From Octopus sinensis (Eukaryota): 64,000 nt of DNA. Of this stretch, positions 25,355-38,119 are shown one piece after another. The number at the start of each line of letters is the position of its first letter. Within the stretch, counting starts at the first letter, position 1. The stretch is from contig NC_043000.1 of NCBI RefSeq assembly GCF_006345805.1, positions 71,672,001-71,736,000 on the forward strand, in the 5' to 3' direction. The notes under the pieces were generated by a model. The model worked only from the letters and a program-made list of their open reading frames with translations. It had not been told where the DNA came from and did not search any database. A program made the position numbers and the translations under genes.

Positions 25355-26751
25355 TGGAATGAAGTAATTGAGACTGACCTCTGGATGTTAAGCATCTCAT
25401 TTCTGAGGAAATGAGAAAGGGCCAAGATGACTGGTGATTTGCTGAGCTCAAGGAAAATCATCCATTTCAGCCCTGCTCCCAAGAAAAGTGGTACTTAGAG
25501 CATATAATTTATGTTTATGCCCCTGCAATGAATCTGCTTCTGTCAAGTTTCTTCACAATTCAACCTTCTAAATCTCATCCCTCTATCATTCTTTTTTTAA
25601 ACTACAGCATATTTGCTCAGCTGCTTTAAGTATATGAAAGTAGAAATGCATATATATTTTGTTCCTTACTACATTATTTTCCACTAAATACCTCTTTCCT
25701 CCTGAACACCCTCTCATATCTAACATTCATGGCCTGTTACTGTTCATCCTTCCTTCGCCCTCACATTTCATATCATCTCCCTATTTCTCATCTAAGGTTT
25801 TATTATACTGCTGTGCTTCACTTTCCCTTTAATGTACTGCAACTTATCACCTCCTCCCCACTGACTTGTTCCTATTTCCTTCACCTTCTCCTCCAAACTG
25901 ATAGTCAACACTGACCACACTTTCACCTACATTAACCATTTACTGCATTCTCCTCTATCTCCATCTCTAATTATCTGCGACTCTTGTTTCAGTCTCAAGA
26001 ACTTACCAATCCGCTTTCCTAATCCTGTCCCTTCTCTCTGTACTATGAGAGTATGTGCTGACAACTTGTCACCATTGTCTCTTTCTAGCTAGGGTATCTC
26101 CTCTACAACAAGACACTTGTACCAATCCTTCATTCATACTTTAGCATCTCAGCATCTGGTATAATGCAATGTCCCTTAATACTACATCGCCACTCAATCA
26201 TGGGGTCTTGTGAGTTACTTGGTGACTTCACTAGCAATAGAGCCATGAAAAAAGCACCCAGTACACTCTGAAGAGTGGTTGGCTTGATGCAGACCTCTTC
26301 ATCAAATTCTTGTCAAACTGTCCAACCCATGCCCACATGGAAGATAGATGTTAAATGATAATGATGACCATGATGATGATATAAAGGCTTTTAAGGGAAA
26401 TTCTTGTAAATCACATTAGGGGCAAATACATTACTTTTAAATATCTGCCTTAATAATATTTGTTCACCAAAGTAGTGAATGTATCACTGATTAATAGTAA
26501 TGACATTTTATTTACTAACATTAATATTTTATTCTTTTTTTAAATTCTTTTTACTTGTTTCAGTCATTTGACAGACGGCCATGCTGGAGCACTGCCAAGG
26601 TGTTAGTCAAAGAAATAACCCCAAGACTTATTCTTTCTAAGCCTAGTACTTATTCTATTGGTCTCTTTTGTTGAAATGCTTAGTTATGGTGACATAAACA
26701 CACCAGCATTGGTTGTCAAGCAGTAGCAGAGGAACAAACATGAACACACAC

Positions 26752-26798
<47 letters not shown>

Positions 26799-26820
26799 CA
26801 CATATATATACACATATATA

Positions 26821-27655
26821 TTAGGTTGTCAAGAAATTTCTTGTAGAATTTTTAATTTTGGTTTTAAATGATCTATTTTCAAATTAATTTTCGTTAAATT
26901 ACTTTGACTTTATATATCATTTTAAAGCCCGTTTTTCGCTCTATCTAATCATGTTACTCCTTTTCTTTTTGAATATTTAGGCCATTTTTTCCAGAATGTT
27001 GAATACAACATGGACAAAAAGCAAATTTGCACAATTTTCTTATTCCAGTTCAAGCTAGGCCAAAAAGCTGCTGAAACAGCTCACGATATCAATGATGCGT
27101 TTGGCCCAGGAACCACTAATGAATGTACAGCACGATGGTGGTTAAAGAAATTTTATAGCAGTGACGAGAGTCTTGAAGATGATAAGCATAGTGGTTGGCC
27201 ATCGGGTGTTGACAATGATCAATTAAGAGCCTTAGTCGAAGCCAATCCACGCACAACTGTTCGAGAGCTTGCTTCTGCATTAGACGTAACATATACGACA
27301 ATTTCCAACCACTTGAAAGAGATTGGAAAAAAACAAAAATATTTGAGAAATGGGTGCTGCATGAATTGAACGACAACCAAACCTCTCGTCTACTGACTAC
27401 CACTTTTTCAAGCATCTCGACAACTAACTGCATGAGAAACGCTTAAAAAACCAAGACAATGCCAAACACGCCTTCAACGACTTCATTGCCACCAGAACAC
27501 AGGATTTTTAAGATACTGGCATAAATAAACTTTTGCTGACAAAAGTGTGTTGATTCTGATGGTGTTTATTTCGATTAATAAAGTTTTGTTTGAGCCGAGA
27601 TATGTGCATCTGATTTTAAAGGTTAAAAACTGCAAGAACTTTCTTGACAACCTAA
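26821..27655 (+). mobile_element. Internally deleted mariner (SETMAR/Mos1-like)
   Basis: TIRs ttaggttgtcaagaaa / tttcttgacaacctaa with 5' TA. ORF 27010-27369 encodes HTH domains (SLEDD-HSG-PS, VEANPRTTVREL). Sequence then jumps to a PTDYHFFKHL C-terminal remnant. Confidence 0.9.
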
Positions 27656-28561
27656 CAGGTTTCTTCCAGTTTCTGTCAACCAAATCCACAAGGCATTGGT
27701 TAGCCTGAAGCTATAGTAGAAGATGCCCAAGGTGCCATGCAGTGAGACTGAACCTGGAACCATGTGGTTGGGAAGCAAGATTCTTACTACACAGCCATGC
27801 CTGTGCCTAGCAAGCTTCTTACCACACAACCATGCACAAACTGAATTTTTAGAAATATCTGTACTCTGCATGATGGATATAATTTTTTTTTCCTACAATG
27901 AAAAATACTACATATTAAGGCTGCATTAAACAATTTATAAGTAATTCAAATAACTACAATTTCTATAGTTTCACTTTTTAGGATCTCAACAAATGTTACA
28001 AAAAATATCTTTAATTTTTATCTTGTGACTTTTACTACAACCACCAATTTTATATCACTCATGCAAAGATTTAGATGTTTTTGCAAATTGATGTTTTTGC
28101 ATACATTTATAAAATATTAAAATGTGATTAGCATTTTAATACTTAAGTTACTCTTTAAAGAATCCTCAAATCTAACTGGAAAAGTGCTGCCTGCAATATT
28201 TAAAAAGTTAGGTTCCTGTAACTTAGCAGTTTGGCAAAAGAGACCAATAGAATAAATATGAAGCCTAAAAAAAAGTACAGTTGTTGATTTGTTCAACAAA
28301 AAGTCCTTCAAGGCACTGCCCCAGCATGGCCACAGTCTAATGACTGAAACAAATAAAAGATAAAAGATAAATTCTCGAATTTATTTAGAGTGCTGCTTCA
28401 AATACATCTCATGTTTGGTCTTATCACCTCTAACTTTGGAGATACAGCATACCCTTTGATATACCCACTTGCGCACTGAAACAAGGGACCTCAAAATGCC
28501 CTTTACATTTTAGGATCTTAGAAGTTAGACCTATTTTTTAATCTAGTTGAATCCCTAATTA

Positions 28562-28709
28562 ATGAGGCTGGCTATATGAATCATTTCTGAGATCATGGCT
28601 ATCACATATTGTGAATGAAGGATACTAAAGAATAAAAGAGGTCACAAAAGCATAAAAAAATAAATAGTGGCTCTACACATTATGTTTACATATATGGCAC
28701 CAAAGATAT
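28562..28709 (-). pseudogene. Partial duplicate of PDSS1 exon 4 with its upstream intron flank
   Basis: 148 bp matching 30682-30829 with one mismatch. Confidence 0.95.
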
Positions 28710-29046
28710 GAGCTGCTATTCTGATACAAAAATAACAAGAATACTAATGCCATGACAATATAAAATGCTTCTGAAACAAACACATATTACTAAATAATTC
28801 TATTTCATTACAAAAGCTTAGAGTGCAGCACTGTAATAAAATCCTATAGCAATTGTAATACAGACATAAAGATGAAACATGTAATTGATCAGTCAATCCA
28901 ACAAATAAGAAACTTTTTATAGAACTTTGTAGAGTAAGATTTACCAGAACAGTCTTGCTGAAGAATCTGTTATCATGTGTGCAACCTACCTTTTTTAGTA
29001 CTTGCTTACTATTGTTTCTATACTCTAATGAAATCTTCCTCCTTGC

Positions 29047-29323
29047 TTTGATCAATTAAGAGCCTTAGTCGAAGCACAACTGTTCGAGAGCTTGCTTCTG
29101 AATTAGATGTAACATATATGACAATTTCCAACCGCTTGAAAGAGATTGGAAAAAACAAAATTATTTGAGAAATGGGTGCTGCACAAATTGAACGACAACC
29201 AAACCTCTCGTCTACTGACTACCACTTTTTCAAGCATCTCGACAACTAACTGCATGAGAAACGCTTAAAAAACCAAGATGATGCCAAACACGTCTTCAAC
29301 GACTTCATTGCCACCAGAACACA
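29047..29323 (+). mobile_element. Second copy of the internal part of the deleted mariner at ~27214-27500
   Basis: Shares the same deletion junction. Differs by several SNPs and a ~10-bp deletion. No TIRs. Confidence 0.85.
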
Positions 29324-30125
29324 GTGAAAGTAAAGATAATGGATCTCAATGCTTGTGTTACAGCCAAGCTTATTAAAATTAGAGAGTTTGTCCTCCACTA
29401 ACTTAGTATAGTTACCTACCTGATGATTGTCAAGAAAGATTTTAACGAACTGAACAAACCGATACCATGCATTCAGTGTTATTCACTGAATCAATGAAAT
29501 GCATAGCCTTATAAGCTCACTTATCTGATAGGGAGGGGCAGTAAAAAAATCCTTGCTTTAAGTTTTCCATGATCAATTCAGAGAATTTACTGGTAAGGAG
29601 CCAAAGTAGATTAAATAAATATAGTAGTTATTTATTTAATATATTTACTCTAAGTTTTTTTGCCGAAATAATTAATTTAGTAATATGTAGTTATCCAAAA
29701 AGCATGTAATATATGACAAGCTTTAACATTGTTGCTATTTTTGTATCAAGATAGCAGACCATTAATAGATTACAGCTAAAAGGCTAAAACTGATGCTATT
29801 CTGTAAATCAGCACCTCCAAATATACCAAAGAATAGGTCTAATTTCTAATACACCAAAATACAAGATGTAACTGAGGCCCCTAATTTTAGTATATGAGAG
29901 GATACCTTATCATATAAAGGGGTATGCTGTATTTCCAAAACTCAAAGTGACAGAGTAAAACTGATGTAATCAGGTACTTTTTTTAATGGTAATTATTAAA
30001 AATGGAAGCATGTTGTAAAATATTAAAAAAACCCAAATAAATAACTACTTTCTTAAAGTAGTTGGTTCAGCACTCACAAATTAGTTGAAAACAATGTCAG
30101 ATATGTAAAATATACTAGCCATCTC

Positions 30126-30340
30126 AAGGGTGGGTGTTACTGTAGCTTTTAGCCCTAGGAGATCATCGTCTCCAGCTGGCTTTAGGCACACTTTCTGTGC
30201 ACTTATGGTATTTGCAAAGGGAGGTCAAACCCTCTCTCGTCAACCTCATTTTGCAAATACCATAAGGACACAAAGTGTGCCTAAAGCCAGCTGGAGACGA
30301 TGATCTCCTGGTGCTAAAAGCTACAGTAACACCCACCCTT
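30126..30340. mobile_element. Palindromic MITE-like element (~92-bp arms, ~31-nt spacer)
   Basis: aagggtgggtgttactgtagc...tttgcaaa mirrored by tttgcaaa...gctacagtaacacccaccctt with few mismatches. TSD not resolved. Confidence 0.8.
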
Positions 30341-30605
30341 AGTGGTTAGCCATATTGAGATGACTAATATACTTTACGTTGTCGAGTAGTTACAGTTTAC
30401 ATCTCGTTCAGAGATTTATTGTTGTTTAATGTCAGATATGTCACAGTGTTATTGTAAAAATGATATCTTCGCTGAGAGACATATCCTTGCATTTTTTTGG
30501 ATTTAGATACATGATACAATAAAAATGATTTTGTTTCCATGAATCATTTTGTAAAATAAAACTGTACATTACATAATCTAAATGACAAAAGTAAAAAAGA
30601 ATTAC

Positions 30606-30744
30606 CTTACGCTCACCCCATACAGCTTTCACACTTGGCTTTCCTCGCCGTATGTCTGATTGGTCTATAACATCATCATGCATGAGGCTGGCTATATGAA
30701 TCATTTCTGAGATCATGGCTATCACATATTGTGAATGAAGGATA
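30606..30744 (-). CDS. PDSS1: PDSS1 coding exon 4 (ILHSQYVIAMISEMIHIASLMHDDVIDQSDIRRGKPSVKAVWGERK), first aspartate-rich motif
   Basis: AG/GTAATT boundaries, 139 bp, phase 2 in and 0 out. HDDVID...RRG is the trans-prenyltransferase FARM. Confidence 0.95.
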
Positions 30745-30839
30745 CTAAAGAATAAAAGAGGTCACAAAAGCATAAAAAAATAAATAGCGGCTCTACACAT
30801 TATGTTTACATATATGGCACCAAAGATATAATTGTTCTA

Positions 30840-31713
30840 CGAGGTCTGATCAATAAGTATCCAGACTGTTGCCATAGTAACAAAGCTAAAGCATGCAGAG
30901 TAAAGTGGCTTGACAAAGATTGACCTTGAATTCTGCTGCACAAGTGCACTAAGTTTTAACATTCTAGCTCACTTCTGCTGTTTACAGCAGTGCTTGGAAG
31001 GAAGGTGTGTAGCATGTGATCGTCGCATTGACTATGAAAGAGAAAGTTGTCATGGCGATACCTGCTCAGAGGCCTATGCAATGTTATAGAAAGTATATGG
31101 AGAGGAGTGTATGAGAGGTTCAGACGTTTTCAAGATGGCCAAAAAAATGTCGATATTGATGATCGTTCTGGGAGACCTGCAACCAGCAGAACTGAGAAAA
31201 ACATTGCAAATGTGTGTGCAGGTGTGAGGAAAAATCACCAAATCAACATCTGTGAATTATCAGAGGATGTGCAGATTAGTTATATTTCAGTTCAGTCCAT
31301 TATCACTGAAGATTTGAGTATGAGACGTGTGTCCGCCAAATTTGTATCAAAACTGCTTTCAGCTGACCAAAAAGACACTTCGGTTTCAGTTGCACAAGAT
31401 CTCCTTGATTGTGCCAAGAATGACGAAAACGTTTTGAAAACTTTGCATAGGCCTCTGAGCAGTTATTGCCAAGCTGTTAGTAAAAGTTGATGCAGATTTT
31501 CTGCTCAACTTTCTGTCATGGTCAATGCGATGATCACAAGTTACACACCTTCCTTCCAAGCACTGCTGTAAACAGCAGAAGTAAACCAGAACATTAAAAC
31601 TTAGTGCACATGCACAGCAGAGTTCAGGGTCAACCTGTGCCAAGCAGACTCACTCTGCATGCTTTAGCTTTGTTACTATGGCAACAGTCCAGATACTTAT
31701 TGATCAGACCACG
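30840..31713 (+). mobile_element. Mariner-type element with very long (~210-bp) terminal inverted repeats
   Basis: TA flanks. TIR cgaggtctgatcaataagtatc. HTH ORF remnant (DDDRSGRP, RRVSAKFV) in 31047-31490. No DDD catalytic domain. Confidence 0.88.
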
Positions 31714-33756
31714 TATAGTATCTAACATGTTGATAAAATCACTACTAATAGAAAAGCTGGATGATATACTTCTTCTAAACAATTTAATAGCATAGTCCAC
31801 ACTTGAATATTTGATACTTCTGTTAGATTTCAGAACTAATATATGTCTGTTGGTTTGTGTTAAAGATTTTCTGTATTTTAACTAAAAAAAATGCTTTAAC
31901 AAAATTTTCAAGCCAAAAGAAATGTATAAAAAACGATATTTTGCAAGCAAAAAACTTGCAGTTGGGAAAATACTTTCAGTAGCAAACATGAATTCAAATG
32001 CAACAGAAAACTTTGAATCTGTGAAAACCACAATTACAACTTATCAAATGTCTAGCAAAGTTCTAGAATGAACACAGGTACGTACACAAGAAAAAATTAC
32101 ATGCGGTGAGGAGATGCATTCAGCTAAGATATAACCCATTTTCAATATTATTTTTTAATTTTTTATAATGCAAAATGTAGTTTCAGTTCATAAGTTATAG
32201 AACAATAACTGTCAGTTATTCATTGGTATAAATATTCTCTTATTCATGCCTTCCCATTTCTTTAAAGTCCATCAGAATAAACTATACTGCGGTATGGAGA
32301 TAACTTCATTCTCAGACAGCTCTTTGCATCCTACATTTGCCTACCTACACAACTGAAGCAATCTTAGACTGGTAATATTAACTCTTTGATAGCTAACCAC
32401 TTCTCTTACATCATACAGAATACATGGCATCTTAATTGTAGTGAAGGCATCTATCTAACAAATTTCAGCTCTCCAAATAAACTCATTGAGTAGTATCTCT
32501 GAATAAAGGGTGATCAGTGGAGAGCAGACAACCACTCTAATGCCAGGAGTTTAATAAAATGTATCCAGCTAGTACTATAAAGTGGTTTGTGATATGAAGG
32601 ATACCAAACTATAAATACATGACATCCAAAGCAACAAAGTCGGCTAAATTTTCCTGTGTGTCAAATGATGAGAGAGGCTGATGATTACAATGGTTATAAT
32701 GATATTGCAGACTACGCAGTAGGTTGCCCAACAATGTGACAGGTTGTACCAGGTTACATGTTACCAGTGGCACTAAGAGTGACCTGACAATAGTTTGCCG
32801 GCAATCACTGAGCTGTGTATGCAACTACTTATTTTCTTGCTCAGGAGGCCAGGTGAAGAGAAAAGTTAGACACAAGGGCCCAATTCTGAGACGGTTAATG
32901 CAAATATATTTGTATAATTTTTTGCATATTGAAGTTAATATTACATGGAGGTTACAAAAACAACTTTAATCATAAGGAAGTCATATGGCTAAATAAATCT
33001 ACCTTCACCTCTCACAACTGCTTTACTTTATGCTATATATATCTCTCACTGAACAATCGATCATTTGGATTTTTCTGGATTTTCAGTTACACAGACTTCT
33101 GGAATGCACACACACACAAATACATCATCATTATCACCCTTTTAATATGAACTTTTCCATACACACATAGGTTGGATGAAAATTGTAGAGATGGATTTTC
33201 TACAGCCAGATGCCCTTTCTATTGCCAACCCTCACCTGTTTGTAAGTAATATCTTCCTGTGATCAGACATGCTTTTATGAAAGAATGGAAAGGAAGGATA
33301 TCACTAGCATGATGGTGATACTTGTTTTACAATGTGATGTCAAGGCAAGTAGACATAACACACACACACACACACACACATATACAATGGGCTTTTTTCA
33401 GATTCTTATCTACCAAATCCACCCAGAAAGCTTTAGTCAATCTGGGGCTATAGCAGAAGACACTTACCAAAGGTTCCACACAACCATACCATATAGAAAT
33501 GTGTGTGTGTGTGTGTGTATAGTATATATAATGGGCAAGAATACATTAAAAAAAAACAACAGACACAGAGAATTAGTGTTCAAACCAGACAAGATATGTA
33601 AAATCTAATACTGATTGAAGGGACAGAATCCAAGGAAAGAGTTGGCTACAGGCAATGTACCAATTGAGCTTTATGAAAGTACAATAAAATAAAATATAGG
33701 CAGGCAGTTGTTAATGGCTTCAAAGCATAAAATAGTTATACAGGAGTATGGAAAAA

Positions 33757-33970
33757 TCTATTATATAAAATCCGTTCTGTCTGTCTGTGTGTGTGTCTTG
33801 TAGGATCTCAGGCATCATCCATCTGATTGCGCTCAAATTTGATATGTAGATATTAATGGTATCAGGGCGTGTATAAGTCTTCAAAAAATTACAAAAATCA
33901 ATTCCAGGTAAGAATGTGGGAACATGCATTTGTACGTGCAAGTACATCAGCTGTTGCGATCAATACTACG
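33757..33970 (+). mobile_element. Probable Helitron 5' end
   Basis: A^TCtattatataaaa followed by (tctg)n/(tg)n, the same 5' style as 19123. 3' end not found. Confidence 0.45.
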
Positions 33971-34327
33971 CGTACACGAGAAAAATGCACGGCAGTTTGC
34001 GTAAAAAAAGCCGGCTGGCTTGAAATGCAGTATATTTAAGAGACCAAAAAGTGAGATGCAAAAGAGATATTTTATTTAAACCTGGCATGAAGGAAGGAAA
34101 GACTATTTGGTTTCTCAAGAAGTTTTTTTTTGGATAAAATCGTTTTTTTTTTGGAATAGAAAAAAAGTCTATCTTTATTTCTTCTTTTGCTGGTGTCTCA
34201 AATTTAGGTTAAATCAGTGTTTCTCAAAGGGGAGGCCTATGGGACGGTCGGACAAGTTGTTTTGAGAAAACTTGGTTAAATGTTTGACAACTCAGCACTG
34301 TCAATTGGACGGGGGGGGGGGCTGCTC

Positions 34328-34381
<54 letters not shown>

Positions 34382-34703
34382 GCAGAAATGCAAGAAAATC
34401 AAGAGTTCATAGTATTCTTCATAGATAGGTATATATCTTCAAAGTTCATATCAAACCTCACAAATAGGACAGTGGATAATATAGCAATCCTTTACAATTG
34501 TTTCTGGGATTAGGTGTTCAGTAAGTGCTGTATTGTGCATCATGTGTATATGTACATGATGTAGATTGGTGTTAGCAAATGCATATGAAATAACACAATG
34601 AATTTTGTCTAACCCATGCAAAAGTAGACATTAAAAAAAATGAAGAGAAAAATAAAATTTCATGGAAATTTTTGCAATAAATATTTAAATATAATTAACT
34701 CAC

Positions 34704-34837
34704 GTTGAATCACCAATATGGTGAAAATTACATGATTTTGCCATGAGCATGACTGTCATGGGTCGTAGAGATTTGCCCCTGCCATCCAAATGGTAGTGTG
34801 CAATTTCCTGAAGGTCTGGATGGATTGTATAAATTAA
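34704..34837 (-). CDS. PDSS1: PDSS1 coding exon 3 (LIYTIHPDLQEIAHYHLDGRGKSLRPMTVMLMAKSCNFHHIGDS)
   Basis: gttgcAG/GTGAGT boundaries, 134 bp, phase 0 in and 2 out. GxGKxxRP motif (human DGKGKAFRP). Confidence 0.95.
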
Positions 34838-36143
34838 CTGCAACATAAAAGAAACAAACTTCAATAAGAGTATTTTTCATATGATCTTTACTGGAGACAG
34901 ATTCATAAATCAGGCATTGAAGCTTGAATTGTTACACATTAAACTGAGATTTGAAGCAACTTATTTGGTAGAAAAACTGAAAAAAATAAAAATAAATAAA
35001 AGTGATATATGAACAGGGAGACAAAGCAGAGTATCACATTTCTAAAATAAATGCTTAATTGCTGGTGCCACATAAATTGCACAAATGCCAATGCTATGTA
35101 GATGCAACCATGCCAATGGCATGTGAAAAACACCCAGCACACTGAGTAAAGTGACTGGCATTAAGAAGGGCATCCAGCTATAAGAACCATGCCAAAACAG
35201 ACAATTGGAGCCCGACAGCATGGAAAATGGACATTAAATGACAATGATGATGAGTGTACAGGAAATAGTTATAGTGTATTGGACAATATAACTATTTTCT
35301 GTACACTAAGTATTTCAGGTGCAATAAAAGATATAATATGAGCAACCATCAAGCAAAGACTTTCATGGAGTAGTGATCAGTCTTTTCATGTCTTCTAGGT
35401 AGTGATAGCTAGTTAAGGTTGGTTTGAATTTTAGCAGATTTTTTTTATAAGAAAAATGTATACGAATGCAGTTTTGGTAAAGTAAAATGTTTAGTGAGAG
35501 TTGAACACAAGGATTGGAACAAAAAGTATGCAATATGTTATCATTAGTTGAACATAGGCCTCAAAAGAAGGAAACCTACAATGACACATTAATATAATGT
35601 GCAGAAGTGCTATACAAAGCTTGTAGAAGAGGTTAGTCATAAGTGAGTATAGATCACTAAATGTAGGATGATACCTTTGCCAGTAAGGAAAAGAGACATT
35701 CTGACTGAAAACGATCTCAGAGCTGGTGGTTAGATACCTGTAATGGATACTAATTAAAGTGTTTGAAGCAGTTAGGATTACAGACAAGATAATGCAGTAT
35801 CAAGATACATAGCTGTATGGTAAGAAGCATGTTTCCAAGTCACATGATTCTGGGTTCAGTCCTACTGCATGGAACCTTGGGTAAGTGTCTTCTACTTGTG
35901 AGTGGATTTCACAGATATAAACTGAAAGAAGGACATTGTATGTATGTATGTGTGTGTGTGTGTATGTGTGTGATAAGTACTGGGGGTCGATTCATTCCAC
36001 TAAAAATTCAAGGTGGTGCCCAAGCATGGCTGTAGTCTAATGACTGAATTAAAATAAAAGAAAAGAAAGATAGAGGGAAGATTATATCAAGACAGAAAAA
36101 ATAAAACATTACTTAAATGATGATGATATAAAAATATCTTTAC

Positions 36144-36335
36144 CTTTTTAATATCATTATTAAGCATTAAAAATTCATCTTCAACTAACTTATAAGAATT
36201 TTCAAACTGTTTCATATGTACATCCTGATTACTGTGATGAGTTGATGCATGCTGCTGGTAAGAATATAGTTTTGATGGTATTTCTGAGATCAGGGGTGAG
36301 ACAGTATTAGCTGGATGATTTCTGATTAGAAAAAT
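36144..36335 (-). CDS. PDSS1: PDSS1 coding exon 2 (IFLIRN...HHSNQDVHMKQFENSYKLVEDEFLMLNNDIKK)
   Basis: ctttgcAG/GTAAAG boundaries, 192 bp, phase 0/0. End aligns with human KLGWRDLKGLYEDIRK. Confidence 0.85.
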
Positions 36336-38119
36336 CTGCAAAGAGATAACATTTCAATGAAATATTTACCAGCCAGAAATCCTATGCAAGAAGAACAAAG
36401 GAAAAAAAAACATTTCAAAGAAAATGAAAGACTGGCAGATAAACCCATTTTGGGGGGGACAGTGTTTCTATGAATGTTTTTTTCTCATCTATTTGGTTTA
36501 ATTTACCATTTTTGTAAGTTATAAGGGAAAGCAGGATATAATATCAAGGACCTTGACTAACGATAAGCATTGATCTTGGAGATTTCTGAAAATTCACAGA
36601 CTAATACTAGTCTATCACATAAGTTCATATCGAAAATCATAGAGGTAAAAATTTGGTGTATGCAATTGGGTAGTATTTAAATTAAAATAAGCCATCCATG
36701 TATCGATCATAATGCATATATACACCAATGACAGGCAAATTACTGAGGCTTCTGTTTATAGAGAGAGACGAAAAATCAAGTGAGAAAGCTAGCAGCATTT
36801 TGGCCTTTCTGGATCTTGTCAAGATGAGATTTGTCACCTCCAATATAGGATACAAATCTCGTCTAGGTGTGTGGCTGGCAGTAAGCACACATGATTGACA
36901 AAGCTCCAAGAGGCCAATATACATATATAACCTCTGTTTCTCTGTCAATACTCACACATTCACTCACTACAAAAAGTGAATAAAAAATTTCACTTCTCTC
37001 TCTTTTCACACACACTAACAATTCACATATACACCACACATTCTGTCTTGCACACCCCATCAAACACACACTCTCTCTCACATACACACACACATCAATT
37101 CTTCCGCTTCACACCAGCTTCAAAAGAACTTCACTTGTACAATTGTGCTCTCCCTGTCTCTTTCGCTTTCATGCCAACTTCAAAAGATCCCCTTTCCACC
37201 CAACCCTATATTCAAAAATAAAAATTTCTTACGGAGAATGGCTCCTGGCTACTTTCACTGCAGGCGAAGGAGTAAAAAAAATGAAGATATTTTCACTTGT
37301 CCGGGCATTGCTATTACAGTCAAATTAACAACAATTTGACTCGAGAGATAAACACAAACCACCTTGTACTGACTGAAAAAATCCCGCCAAATATACTTTT
37401 AATTTCTGCTCTCTGATTATACAGACGTCCAATATAATAGCTCTCACCTACATTTTGTTCTCTAAAATGGTACGTGTCTATTTTTTCTATAAGCGTATAA
37501 CAATGACTTATTCCGTACTTCTCCACTTAGCTTTTATCTTCACTTTTCTTAAATTGGATACGTCTGCTATTAAGTTACAGAACTTTGGCAGAACAGTTAA
37601 AAATCATTTCTGCTTTACTTCTTACATACAATTTCCCCGTAAATTCTTACAGCTTCATTTTTGGTGATGATTGAAATGTCAAACATTTTCTAACTGTTAA
37701 AGCAATTCTTAACGTCAACTTCTTAATGCCTCTTCTATTTTTTTCCTAGCCCCCATACTTACCAAGAAAATCGATTAAAACTCTTTGTTCTGCCATAAAA
37801 CAACCAGTTGCTCACACAGCTGGCATATACCCTTTCGCTAGCAACAAGGGGACTAAAGGATGACAGTCAGCTAATACCTTATGCCTAACTAAAAATGATA
37901 GGCAATCTCGTCATTTAGCTTCATGCTTATTCACTATTGTCATTTCTAATCAATTTACCGATATTGTCCTTCAAAGCTGCATGCTTTTTTTTTTAAACAT
38001 TTCCACCTATAATAACAGATAAAGATTAATACTTCGTTCAAAAACCTTAACGTTTCTCTTTCAGACATTGGTTCAAGTTGCAAAAAAACTATACTTTCGT
38101 TACACTTACTATTTGCTTC

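Noticed and set aside
35670-35740. Alternative PDSS1 exon 3 candidate (YLTTSSEIVFSQ...)
   Set aside because: Wrong phase and lacks GxGKxxRP. The exon at 34704-34837 fits much better.
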